DNA from: Octopus sinensis
Lineage: Eukaryota
Direction: 5' to 3'
Assembly (NCBI RefSeq): GCF_006345805.1
Contig: NC_043009.1
Span: 69,936,001-70,000,000, forward strand
Length of the DNA: 64,000 bases
The first letter of the stretch is position 1. Every line of letters begins with the position of its first letter. Below the pieces are notes generated by a model that saw nothing but the letters and a program-made list of their open reading frames with translations, did no database searches and was not told where the DNA came from. Positions 24,511-37,319 of this stretch are shown here, in pieces. A program made the position numbers and the translations under genes.

Positions 24511-25277
24511 CCCTGCGAGACAGCATTTTATTTCGGTGTAAATAGGAATTTTGCTCTGCCATCTTTGGTTCCATACCGAACCGTCGCGACCCTTCTGTTA
24601 AGTAGAAATTTACCATTCCAGCCCGTGCCATTGATCGCCGCTGCTAACAAACACTCTCGCACATCGAACGAGTCGCTATTGCACGCGCACGCACAACTAA
24701 GAATGTAAATGTATGCACTGAACGATTAGGATTACATAATCCTAAACACCAGCAAATACTTTTGTTTTTTTACAATTATTTCTAAGACATTACTTAATAC
24801 AATTAATGTTTCAGATAAGTATTAAAATTTACATTTAATGTTTTACACGTCTAGAATCTCTGTGCAAACAATCAGTGTGCGCGTGAGCGCGCGAGTGTGT
24901 GTGTATGCGTGTGTATGTACTTGTGTATATATATTCATACATAGATGTGATGCGTGTCTACACACCGACACTCGCACACACACACATGACTTTGAAATAA
25001 CTATTCTTTGTTCAGTATTAAATGAATAATGAGTACTTGTGGATGAGCGTAAGATAAAGCACAATAAAACTGTTAAATCAAGTACGTTAAAATTAAGTAC
25101 TAAATACATTTTAATTGTGCTTTATCTTACGCACATTGTAATTCGTATGCTAAAAGCTATACAATATATATATATATATATATATATTGATAGAAATGGT
25201 AAGACAACAAAAGAATGAAAGAGACCTCGATATTATGTAACTAGAGGAATTTATTTGTAAATATAATATGTGACAAT

Positions 25278-25477
25278 TATTCGGTAGCCATGATAAAACC
25301 CCGAGTTTCGGATGCTGAGGTGGAAATCAACGCCGCCTTCTCTTCAGTTATCCGACCATCGGAAAAATGGTATGATTTTTCAGAGTATTTTTCCGATGGC
25401 TGGATAACTAAAGAGATGGCGGCGTGGATTTCCACCTTGGCATCCGAAACTCGGAGTTTTATCATGGCTACCGAATA
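25278..25477. mobile_element. Penelope-like family P3 hairpin: 91-bp arms, 18-nt spacer, an HHR motif in each arm
   Basis: About 8 mismatches between arms. Confidence 0.8.
25292..25352 (-). ncRNA. Type I HHR motif in the left arm (CUGAAGA core intact, stem II imperfect)
   Basis: GAUAA CUGAAGA [31 nt] GAAA CU-CGG-GG U U| UUAUC; mirror copy 25403-25463 (+) has a CUAAAGA core. Confidence 0.55.
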
Positions 25478-25799
25478 ATACATTTACATATATATATATA
25501 TATATATATTGTATAACTTTTAGCATACGAATTACAATTGTTAAATCAAGTACGTTAAAATTAAACACCAAATGCGTTTTATTGTGCTTTATCTGACGCT
25601 CATCCACAGGCACGCATTTAATACTGAACAAAGAATACTACATGTGTGCGAGTGTCGGTGTGTAGACACGCACCACATGCATGTATAAATATATATACAC
25701 AAGCACATACAAATACATGCACACACACACTCGCGCCCACGCGTACACTGTTTGCACAGAGATTCTTGACGTGTAAACATTAAATGTAAATTTTGATAT

Positions 25800-25965
25800 A
25801 GGCGCAGGAGTGGCTGCGTGGTAAGAAGCTTACTTACGAACAACATGGTTCCAGTTTCAGTCCCACTGCGTGGCATATGGGGCAAGTGTCTTCTATTATA
25901 GCCTCGGGCCGACCAAAGCCTTGTGAGTGGATATAGTAGACGGAAGCTGAAAGAAGCCCGTCGTA
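25800..25965 (+). mobile_element. SINE family B 5' half
   Basis: aggcgcaggagtggctgcgtggtaag head. Confidence 0.88.
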
Positions 25966-26016
25966 TATATATATATATATATAGATAGATAGAGAGAGAG
26001 AAAGAGAGAGAAATAC

Positions 26017-26048
<32 letters not shown>

Positions 26049-26054
26049 GTTATA

Positions 26055-26157
26055 TCCAGCAACAGGACCTCCGTAATGCTATGATGGACCGTGAAATCTG
26101 GCGTAGCATAGTAAATTCCATTGTCTCGAACACGGTCGAACAATGATGATGATGATA
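26055..26157 (+). mobile_element. RTE LINE extreme 3' end with (GAT)n tail
   Basis: AMMDREIWRSIVNSIVSNTVEQ* matches the RTE C-terminal DRxxWR motif. Confidence 0.7.
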
Positions 26158-26424
26158 TATGTATATATATATAAAAACCAGCTTAGAGAAGAGAAGAAAC
26201 GAAACGAAACCAAACGAATTGAATCATATACATAAATACATAGATACATACATATATACATACATATATATATATACATACATATATATATGTATGTATG
26301 TATGTATATATATATATATATCCCTTTTTAGTAGAAGAAATAGCTATAACTCTTTGACTGCTATTTCTAAATTCGGTATGTGGTAAGGCAATTCGTTGCT
26401 AAACCCTTTATTGCTTAGTATTAC

Positions 26425-26458
<34 letters not shown>

Positions 26459-26832
26459 ATATATAGGTACATATATATATGCACCGTATAAACATTGTAT
26501 ATTTACTAATTACATTGAAATAATATATTTTATTTTGTCTGTTTGTATTGCAGTCGGATTCTGGTTGTTGATATTGAATATTCAGTGAATTTCCTCGGTG
26601 AAACAAGGATAGACACAACTTTGGTACTTTTAGCAAATAATGGCACCGAAATCACTTTTCTCCAACAACATAACTAATGCCTTTGCTGAAAGTCGTCCAA
26701 GTAATAGCAGCACCGGATTCCTTCGTAATTTTAATTACATTTGTTCGTTTACGATGCAAGTTTTCCGTTTGGGTCTCTACTTATTTCAGTCCTACCAATA
26801 ATGTTGCTATGCATGCAATTGGTGTTCTATAG

Positions 26833-26967
26833 CCACGGGTTGGCTACATTTGTACCCGCTGCGGCTGGTCGTCGGCAGACAGATGAACTTCATGACTGAA
26901 CCAACGACGATGCACAGATCCACAGTCGAAGACACAGGAAGACTACGTCTGGTTCTGATATTCTGTG
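26833..26967 (+). CDS. Candidate 135-nt exon (phase 1-1) ending ...MHRSTVEDTGRLRLVLIFC
   Basis: Acceptor gttctatag, donor GTG|gtgagt; one open frame; no recognised product. Confidence 0.2.
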
Positions 26968-28587
26968 GTGAGTAAGAGAGTGTTGCAGCTTGTACACCTT
27001 CCACTCTCTCCAACATCCAGTTCTTGTTGATTATTTTCTACTTTTTAGTCCCAAATCATCTTTGATAAAGTAAATCTCAAACGAACGATGGATAAATACA
27101 ACTTTACAAAATTTAATAACAAATTCTTTGCTCGTTAATGTCGGAAAAATTCCACAAATCGAGGCACGATGTTTTGCACAAATACAGTGAGTCAGTCTTC
27201 TAATTAAGTGATCAAAGCAATTATAAGAGATAAGCCCAGAATGGTTTAGTTTTTACGTGTTGTTTCATTAGGAATTACATGTCTATGGAAGGTTATTGAG
27301 GAATGGTGTCGGCAACTGTATCTTCGTTTTAATTCTTTTCAAAGTCCTATTTTGTCATTTCATTTTCTACCATTCGCATGAAATATGCGAATATGTGTGG
27401 CTGTATGAGTGTTTTTGCGTTCACACACACACACACACATTCTTTAGCTGCGCTTGAACAGAGAACCTGCATTTCTGAAGAGATAAGCCAACGGCCTGAC
27501 ACAACTGCATAAGACGCTATGGTAACATTCTTTTATAAGATTCTATATCTGTTTCGCGCGTCACTAAAAGTACAGACCTACAGACTTCTGGTAAATTCAA
27601 AATGTAAGTGGGTCAAATATTTATAAAACTATCCGCAAGGGTATTTTCCTTGAGATGAATCTATCGTAGTTGCTGCAGTTCTACATTTTCCATTCTTTCT
27701 TTGTCTGCAACTATTTCCTGTCTTTGTTTTATTCTTTTGGCAGGTTCGGAGACAAAGGATTTCTTTCTAGGTATCCCCTCCCTTCCCCTCACTCCACGCT
27801 AGAGTTCCGACGATGCTTTCACAAATTCAACCACAAATTAAATTTTGTGCAGTTGCCTTGCACCCTCTCTATCTCTCTCTCCTTCTATCTTCTTGTATAT
27901 CAATATATCTATGTATCTACACACACACTCACACATTTATATATATAATGTAATACAGTTAGAAAACTCTCTAGAGATAATAGCCTCATAACATAAACAA
28001 AAGATGCTGAAAAAATAAACACCGCCCAGAACTTCTTGAGGCTATAGTATGAAGTAAATACGAAAATAGATTTAAATCATTAAATTCAAGTCCATACACC
28101 AGAGCATTTCCATGTTAAAATTAGGGCTAAAACAGAAACAGGTTTTGCATTTGAATCTAATAGAATTAACAGCAGAGTCTCGAGAGAACGATGTATTTTG
28201 AGGGCATCCACAGTAAAATCTGGTGGTAAATGTTTGCCTTGTTTCTTTTCGGTTGTGTACGAAAAGCAATTTGAAGGATTTATAGATTAGTAAGTTAAAA
28301 ACAGCAGCACTGCATTAAAACCTGCAGAAATGTATTTACGTATGGATGCATGGGATTGTGTGTGTGTGTGAGTGTGTATTAGACTCAGATACTGTTTATA
28401 TTGTAGGAAGAAACGGAAAATGTGATAAAGTAAAACTGACTTTACAACTGAGATACGTTAAGTTGGTGTCCTGACTTTCACTGCCTTGAAAGATAACGGC
28501 ATAGGAACGTCAAAGGCGAACACCTACATTTACGCTCACGCGCATCCTCGCCTTGTATATATATATGTATATATATATATATATATA

Positions 28588-28629
<42 letters not shown>

Positions 28630-28866
28630 GAAATATGTTTCAAAAGAAAGTAGAACCTACACGCGGAAAATGTAGGGTAAAGTAGTAAAATCAACGAAAA
28701 TTTGTAAATAAAAAAGAAAACGCTTTTTATGAAAGGTAACGACAGATATAACAATTAGATAATCTGATGCAGTAATAAAAGACATAAAAGTCATATATAT
28801 TTAGAGATAGATAGATAGATATATACATACATACATACATACATACATACTTACATATATATATTA

Positions 28867-28897
<31 letters not shown>

Positions 28898-28914
28898 CTA
28901 AATCGATATATATA

Positions 28915-29165
28915 TATATATAATTGAGATTGTGTGTGTGCCTGTGCCTATGTGTCTGTATGTGTGCATCACTAAAACTCAAGAACTACCCAACGGATTT
29001 CATTGAACTTTTACACGTACTACTTAGGGTCCATGGAATGCCATGAGCCAAAAATGTTTTCAACTTCTTGCCTAATGCGAGTCCGGGTCAATCTCTTAGA
29101 CTGTTCCAGTATTACCTGTCAAAAGTGAAACAATAACATCTCTATTGTAATGTGATATAATAGTT
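28915..29165 (-). mobile_element. Helentron/Lep1-like non-autonomous fragment
   Basis: tataattgagat-(gt)n-cactaaaactcaagaactacccaacggatttcattgaactttt, the typical reverse-complement end of such elements. Confidence 0.55.
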
Positions 29166-29218
29166 TTCAAATATATATATATATATATTTACATGTATGT
29201 ATGTTGTGTATATATAAT

Positions 29219-29287
<69 letters not shown>

Positions 29288-29904
29288 CATATATATATAT
29301 AATATATACATGTATGTGTGTGTGTATATGTATATATATATATACACGTATATATAAAAAATACAAAACTGGGACAAGAACGCAAAACAGACATGTAAAG
29401 AAAACAAGGACGGTTCATTCGGAGTTTCTTTCCTAAGTCGAGTTCCAGATTATCTTTGCAATTTCGGCTGGTTATACTCTATGCGTATATATATATTAGT
29501 ATGTATATATATGTATATATTTATATTTGTATATATATATGTGTGTATATATTTATATTTGTATGTGTATATATATGTATATATATGTATAATGTGTGTA
29601 TGTGTGTGTGTGTGTGCGTGTATGTGTTTGGCACATGTATGTGTTTGTGTATGTATATGCTCTCCATCACATTTACAGGTGCGCACATTTACAGGTGTGT
29701 CACGTGTCAGATATCCAGATGAATGCAGGGCACCATCAAACGGATTGGATTTTTTCTCAAGAACACACAGAGATAAACGCAAACACAGAAATTTATACAC
29801 AGGAACAGGAAAACAAGAGACACATACATAAGCATACAAGCACACACACACACACACACGCACACACACACGCACACACACACACACATCACTGGAACGT
29901 TTGT

Positions 29905-30303
29905 CACTCTTTTACTATTTTACTTGTTTCAGTCATTTGACTGCGGCCATGGCGGAGCACCGCCTTTAGTCGAGCAAATCGACCCCAGGACTTATTCTTT
30001 GTAAGCCGGTCACTTTTTGCCAAACTGCTAAGTTACGGGGACGTAAAAACACCAGCATCGGTTGTTAAGTGATGATGGGGGGGGGGACAAACACAGACAC
30101 AGACACACACACACACATATATACATATATATGATGGGCTTCTTTCAGTTTCCGTCTACCAAATCTACTCACTAGGCTTTGGTCGGCCCGAGGCTAAAGT
30201 AGAAGACACTTGCTCGAGGTGCCACGAACCTGGAACCATGTCACTGAACCCGGAACCGTGTGGCTGGTAAGCAAGCTACTTACCACACAGCCACTCCTGC
30301 ACC
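29905..30303 (-). mobile_element. SINE family B, near full length
   Basis: Match to other copies. Confidence 0.9.
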
Positions 30304-30886
30304 CATGTAATCATTTTTATATATAAAGAAGAATATATTCTGCAAGTGAAAAACCAGTGAGATTTATGATTTCTTGCTATCTGCAACAGAGTGTCCAAAA
30401 CATATCTAAATAAGTCAATTATGGGACATATTTATGTCTGGGAAATAATTTCTCCGTCACCAAATTGATGGATATCGAAAAGTAATCTCGAAGTTAACCA
30501 GTCATGAAACAAGCAAAGCAATTTCGCACAAACACACTTAAATTTTTATTGGAAAATTATTTTGAGGAAAATTAAATTTTCTTCCTCTTCATCTCGGTGC
30601 CCCAAATTCTTTGTGAACACACACACACAAAAAAAAGAAAATAAAATAAAAACCCGTTCCTCTCACATCATCGAAATCAATCATAAAATTTGATGCGTAA
30701 ACATGCGAAAGTATATTATACTATCTATTTTGTGTGTGTGTGTGTGGGTACATGTATGGGTATGTCCATGTGTGCGAGTGTGTGTGAGTGTGAGCGTGAG
30801 TGTGGGTTGTTTCTGTACATTGTAACATACACACATGTATAACACATGTATTAATATATATATATATATTATATATATATATATAT

Positions 30887-30940
<54 letters not shown>

Positions 30941-31039
30941 CATTTAGATTTGCTTCGTTTTTGGACCAGTTAAAATGTTTCTTGTTTATTATGCATATGC
31001 ACGTTAATCTACACACACACACACATATATATTCTTTTC

Positions 31040-31305
31040 TACTCTAGGCACAAGGCTTGAAATTTTGGGGGAGGGACTACTCGATTAGACCGACCTGGAA
31101 ATGATGAAAGGCAAAGTTGACGTCGGCAGAATTTGAACTCAGAACATAAAGACAGACGAAATACCAATTTCTTTACTACCCACAAGGGGCTAAACATAGA
31201 GAGGGCAAACAAGGACAGACAAACGGATTAAGTCGATTACATCGACCCCAGTGCAATACTGGTACTTAATTCATCGACCCCGAAAGGATGAAATGCAAAG
31301 TCGTT
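31040..31305 (-). mobile_element. SINE family A dimer fragment
   Basis: Body match. Confidence 0.88.
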
Positions 31306-31329
31306 GCTGAATGGGGCAGTAGAATGTCA

Positions 31330-31810
31330 AGGCCTTCCCTACATTGTAAAATGCGGAGGCGGTCTTCTCATTGACGTGGGAAATCTTCAAGAACGAGATC
31401 TTGTCACATTGCCTCGTGTTCGCCTACAGAGTTAACAACGGACGTCGGATAGCCGTTGGTCTCAAGTATCTTTACGACCTCAGTAGCATGCGCGTCCCGG
31501 CTGGTGTTGTCATTGCATCGCTTGTATATCTAGGCGATCTTGTTATGTACGTAGCTCCCCCAGATATGCGTACGAAGGGCCGACGACTTATAATGGACGA
31601 GGAGGCACCGGCAAACAGATTTTCGGTAGAACACCATGTCAATTTTCCTCTCCTCCATGTTGTTAGGTCAAATGTTAAACAATGAGAGGGAATCATCGCT
31701 GTTGCTGTGTTTAATGGTGAAGTTAATGCGTTGCTCCATCTTATTGAAATTCTCTGGTATTGTGGAGGCACCCCCATGGGTTGGGGTGTCTATAATGGAA
31801 AGGGTTATTA
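31330..31810 (-). pseudogene. Penelope-like reverse transcriptase C-terminal (thumb) fragment
   Basis: NFNKMEQRINFTIKHSNSDDSLSLFNI*..DMVFYRKSVCRCLLVHYKS..IYKRC..EVVKILETNGYP matches PLE IKFT/VYRKP/NGYP motifs. Confidence 0.78.
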
Positions 31811-33075
31811 GTTGTAGCTATAATTTCTGTTTTTGCCTAAATTAGATGTAGAAATCATTATCATAGTTATTAGTCTTGCATTCTGAGTTCAAATTTCGAC
31901 AAGATTTAGTTTGATTTCCATTCTTTCGTGGTCTAAATAAGTATGGAGGAATATATAGTATTGGTTTGTGAGGAATTTGTAACAAATGTTGCGGTGTTTT
32001 GCCTTTTCAGAGATTATATCCTCGTTGTTTACTAATCACAGAATTTCAAACTTCTGTTTCAAGGTCACCGTTATTTCTTATCTTTCAGTAAGCACTGACT
32101 TCACTAAATTCCTCGCCTCTTCCTCTATTTATCAATCTTTAGTTGTTTGGTTGTTTTTTTCGCATTTTTTTTTTATGATCGCAGATCAGGCCTAATCGAG
32201 CAGGTTTATGAGAAATAACATTAACTGCCACTTCTTGCTTCTTTCCTCATTTAAATTTTTGTTTTTATTTCTCAAGCTGCATGATTGGTAGCAACGTATA
32301 TACCCGTTATCTACCTACGCCCTACTGCGTACTCGATACGCCAGCTCAAACGCATAAAATAAACAGCAAACGATATAAAAGTGTTATTTAATTCAAGAAA
32401 TCTTACATTAAATAAATTCGAAGGAACCAGTGTGTAAAATCAGATACGTTTGTCTTCATCTCCAGGTTTAATCACATTTACATCTCATTAGCCAAGTGAA
32501 CCTTCGACAAAATCCTATCAGCTCAACTAGATATTTGAAATTTATAAGAAACCTCTTAATACGATAGTCTAGAGGAAGTGTGAGTTACTAGAAATATCTC
32601 GATTTATCTTGTACCTAACGCAGTATTTATTCTACCAAAATCCTTAGCAGAAGCTGCATTATAAGTCTAATTTATGGCATTCAGTTCTAATTACAACAAT
32701 GTACACCTAGTGCACATTGCTGCACGTTTTAAAATAATAAAATGTAAATCCAATTTATATCCCTCTCTAGTCGCTCTCCCTCCCACCTAGAAAAATAACA
32801 AACATGGTGAGTGAATTTGGGAAGACCCTATAAAAGGATGAACTAATTAGTAAAGAGGGGAAAATACGAAGTAGTGTAGTTAATTAATTTTGGTGGAATT
32901 AGTAAAAGAGTTAAGTTGTTCAAACCTCCAGATCTTGAGAGTAGAATCGATTTTTCAAATGATTCCATAAATATCAAATATGAAAGAGGTTTGGTAGTAA
33001 AAACGTCTTGCTTCAGCAATTAACATTTGATACGGCCATCGATTCAGCATCAAAACTTCATTTAGCGTCTCTCTG

Positions 33076-33163
<88 letters not shown>

Positions 33164-33199
33164 CCTGTCTGTCTGTATGTCTGTCTCTGTCTGTCTCTG

Positions 33200-33242
<43 letters not shown>

Positions 33243-33268
33243 CTATATATATATGCATACATATATTT

Positions 33269-33313
<45 letters not shown>

Positions 33314-33419
33314 TACATCTATCCATACATACTTTATGGATATACGTATACATACATAATACATATATATACCCACATCACTCTCTCTCTCTCTCTCTCT
33401 CCTATCTCTATATATATAT

Positions 33420-33481
<62 letters not shown>

Positions 33482-33732
33482 ATATATATACACATACAAA
33501 CACATACACATACATATATGCATACATATATCACTGTACGGTTGCAATTCATTCTTGCTTACACTAAAAGTAGTTATTCAAACACTTATTTTAAAAAGAA
33601 TTTCGAAGGAAATTTTCAAATATTTGATTGTTCAAGAATTATAATGTTTGCTATATAAACTTTACTGTATTGACCAATATGGAGCTTGTGTTACACCAAT
33701 GCTTAATCAATTTTCAATATCTTTACTGCATT

Positions 33733-34126
33733 AAGGCGACGAGCTTGCATAACCGTTAGCACGCCCGGCGAAATGCGTAGCCGTATTTCGTCTGTCGTTA
33801 CGTTGTGAGTTCAAATTCCGCCGATGTCGACTTTGCCTTTCATCTTTTCGGAGTCGATAAATTAAGTACCAGTTACGCACTGGGGTCGATAAGATCGACT
33901 TAATCCCTTTGTCTGTCCTTGTTTGTCCCCTCTGTGATTAGCCCCTTGTGGGTAATAAAGAAATAGGAATTTCATCTGTCTTTACGTTCTGAGTTCGAAT
34001 TTCATCGAGATAGACTTTACCTTTCATCCTTTTGGGGTCGATAAATTAAGTACCAGTTGCGTACTGGGATCGATCTAATCGACTGGTTCCTTCCCCAAAA
34101 ATTTCGGGCCTTGTGCCTGGAGTAGG
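33733..34126 (+). mobile_element. SINE family A dimer, full length
   Basis: Head aaggcgacgagcttgcataaccgttagc; two B boxes. Confidence 0.92.
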
Positions 34127-34564
34127 TGGGAGTATGGAGACGCCTCACCTGGACAGGTAGGCCGGCATGTTCACGTACACATGCACATGCACACACACAC
34201 ATACGTGTACATATATATACATACATGCCTTGAATACATGGAAACATATGAATGTCTGTCCATATGCATAATATGATATAACCTAATATAAATAACTATC
34301 TGTACATATGTATACACACTCGCACACTCACTCACACACTCACACACACACTCACACACACACTCACACACTCACTCACACTCAGTCACACACACACTCA
34401 GTCACACACACACTCACGCATATTTGAAAGGAGAACTGAGGTAGGTTCAACAATTTCAAATGATAATACAACATATACCTAACCATAAAACCGGTGTATG
34501 CAGATTATTATGGCTTTCTCTATTTAAGGCTGACAAGGTGAGTTCGGTTCTTGAACCCTCGGCG

Positions 34565-34627
34565 ACGGAGAAATGGGTCACTGATGAAGATTGAGCAGAT
34601 CTGAAATCAGCGCTGATATGACTCCGT
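34565..34627 (+). ncRNA. Complete type I hammerhead ribozyme with bulged helix I
   Basis: ACGGA-GAAAUGG-GUCA CUGAUGA AGAU-UGAGCAG-AUCU GAAA UCAG-CG-CUGA U A| UGAC-UCCGU; all core nucleotides canonical; AUA triplet, cut after 34618. Confidence 0.85.
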
Positions 34628-34667
34628 ATGACTTACAGTTCTATATTTAAGTGATCAGGAATTATGT

Positions 34668-34849
34668 ACATTATTTACATTATTTACATTTGACGGATGT
34701 TTGTCCTCATCTTGTTTGTTGTTAACACAGCGTTTCGGTTGATGAAGGCTGATGAAGGCTGGGGGGGGGGTATATCAGCCGAAACGTTGTGTTAAGAACA
34801 AGCAAGATGAGGACAAATATCCATCAAATGTAAATAATGTAAATAATGT
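34668..34849. mobile_element. Penelope-like family P4 fold-back (76-bp arms) with an HHR core in the turn and right arm
   Basis: Arms 34668-34743 and 34774-34849; CUGAUGA A GGCUG-loop-CAGCC GAAA CG U U GUGUU at 34749-34793. Confidence 0.8.
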
Positions 34850-35654
34850 CCGTTTGACTTGTCGTAAGGAGGGAGCCTGTCTCGCTTGTCAGCCATTAGA
34901 AAAGTGCTCTCACGTGGCTAAGTGTTGTTTTGACTCTTATTTCTAGCAATGCTGGTGTTTACTTGCACCCTCCGTTACCTTGGTGACGACTGTACTTTTT
35001 GCCTATATACATGTGTGTGTGGGGCGCATGGATTTGTATGTTTTATAGGCTTAGAAATCGTAACTCTTGACAAGTGTTAGTTTCTATCATCGTAACTTGG
35101 TTGTTCTGCGAAAAGAGAGAAATATACAAACTAGAAGTTTTGAAATAAGTTCTGCGTCGATTTTGATCGACTGATCCCTTTCAAAGGGTTACCATGCGAG
35201 GCTCCCGCCAATAACTTAAACATAGAGTTGAGTGCAAGTGTATGTAGCCCAAATGGTCTGGGAGAGGGTCGACATCTTCCGTATATAAATTACCGAAATA
35301 TCCTCCTCCTATTCATTGCACCAGGGACTGGAATTTTTAAGCTGCTGGTGCTGCCAAGATTTGAACATCTTCATATGGAACAATTTTCGATTGACTAACG
35401 TTCTGCTGTGACATAATTGATGCAAAGAGGCTTTATAATATGAACTAAGAAGTCGGGCAAAGATATATTTGGGGCTGGGAAATAATTCAAAAATCTGTTT
35501 TCTTTAAATTTTTCATCTTTGATTTGCATAAAATGTGTTTCATGTAATTAAAAAAAAACTTCTCCACACAAACATTAAGTCACACGAATATAGATGTGTA
35601 CATATACCCTCACACACACACACACACACACACACACGCTAAGTTCACATGTTT

Positions 35655-36030
35655 ACTCTTTTACTTGTTTCAGTCATTTGACTGCGGCCATGCTGGAGCA
35701 CCGCATTTAGTCGAGTAAATCGACCCCAGTACTTATTCTATCGGTCTCTTTTGCTGAATAGCTAAGTTACAGGGACATAAACACACCAGCATCGGTTGTC
35801 AAGCGAAGTTGGGGAGACAAACACAGACATACAAACACACACATATATATACATATACATATGTACGACAGGCTTCTTTCAGTTTCCGCCTTCCAAATCC
35901 ACTCACAAGGCTTTGGTCGGCCCGAAGCTATAGTAGAAGACACTTGCCAAAGATGTCACGCAGTGGGACTGAACCCGGAACCATGTGGTTGGTAAGCAAG
36001 CTGCTTATCACACAGCCACTCCTGCGCCTA
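35655..36030 (-). mobile_element. SINE family B, near full length
   Basis: Match to other copies. Confidence 0.9.
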
Positions 36031-37139
36031 TATACCGAGACCTTTTTAGAGATAATTTTACGTTTCACATACAACAGATTTCGAGCGTTCTCTAAACCCT
36101 CCCAGACTTCTTTTGTTCTCAGAGAACTTTCTTTAAACACCCTAAACTTAGATTTACTTTTTACAAAGTTATACATGCTTGCAACGTAATTTTATTGTTT
36201 CAGAAATATCGTTTGGTTCAATTATGTTTTCATATTTCTCTCAGATTATCTGTGAAAATAACTAATGAAACTTCTTTTAATAAATATTGTACAATAAATA
36301 TTGATAATGAACTACAAACAATTGTATTGTTTCCTAAATAGAAAGAGCGAACGATGTAGAATTAAGAAACATGTTCAGCTTTTTTTTTTATCGTGATTCC
36401 TTTTTTACATTTCTTTATTGGTTTTTCGTTCAAAAGCTCTTCTACTGACAATAAATCTTAAGTCATTAAAACATATATAGATTCACAAAAGAATTTTCCT
36501 ATTAATTATTTCTTTTATAAATGATTATTAATCATAGGGTGTTTAATTGAATCTTTATAGAACAATGAAAAAGGTTATGAAGTTTTCGTGTAGCACATGG
36601 TGAAGTTGTGGGTTGTCTATTGACTATGCGAGATGGCGGCGGCGGTGTTGATGATATATTTAACATAATGGGGAGAAGTACTGCAGTGAAAAAAGAAATA
36701 TCGTTATAAATATTTTCAGGTATTTCCGTTGATTGCAACGATAACGAAATTCAGACATTATTATTAAAGTGAACAAATCGTATTGAATTAATTAATAACC
36801 TAACTAAATTGCCGGATGCTTCATCTTTAAAACAGGAGGTCAAAGAACATCAATAAAGAACTCATCACCTTTATTTCGTAAGGTTTTGTCAAGTGTTACC
36901 ATTGGTATTCTTCAATATGGGAACACTGGATCTTTGTAGTCATCGTTTGTACGAGATTTCAGATCATTTGTTAAGATACCGCGAGATTCAACACATTGTT
37001 CACACTGCACTGAAGTTAGATTTCACAGGAGAAAAAAATAAATGTAAATTAATGATACTATTTCTCTTTCAAATACTTCAACCTTGTGCACTTAAAGGCA
37101 TTATGCAACCTTCGTAGAGGACTCACATAGTTGATCCGT

Positions 37140-37178
<39 letters not shown>

Positions 37179-37304
37179 ACACACACATACTCTCATCCAT
37201 AATGTCGACATGAAGCAAGATAGGTTATATAATAACCGATACTCTACGCCTCATAGGATCTAAAGTCGTCAGCTGTGTCTGTATGTAAAACATTCAGTAC
37301 GAAA

Positions 37305-37319
37305 ATGGCGGAGGATGAA
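37305..37319 (+). CDS. Candidate first coding exon segment MAEDE
   Basis: aaaATGGCGGAGGATGAA|gtgagt: good start context, consensus donor, TATA-like TATATAA at about 37226. Confidence 0.3.

Larger units (their letters stand above)
24820..25798. repeat. Nested inverted duplication: outer arms 24820-25187 and 25487-25798 around an inner hairpin
   Basis: gaatctctgtgcaaaca, gcgtgtctacacaccgacactcgcacaca, ttctttgttcagtattaaatg and attgtaattcgtatgctaaaag all occur inverted in the right arm. Confidence 0.9.

Noticed and set aside
35282-35313. Kinase glycine-loop-like IGGGYFGNLY on the minus strand
   Set aside because: Stop immediately upstream, no acceptor tract, and no downstream VAIK-type lysine motif
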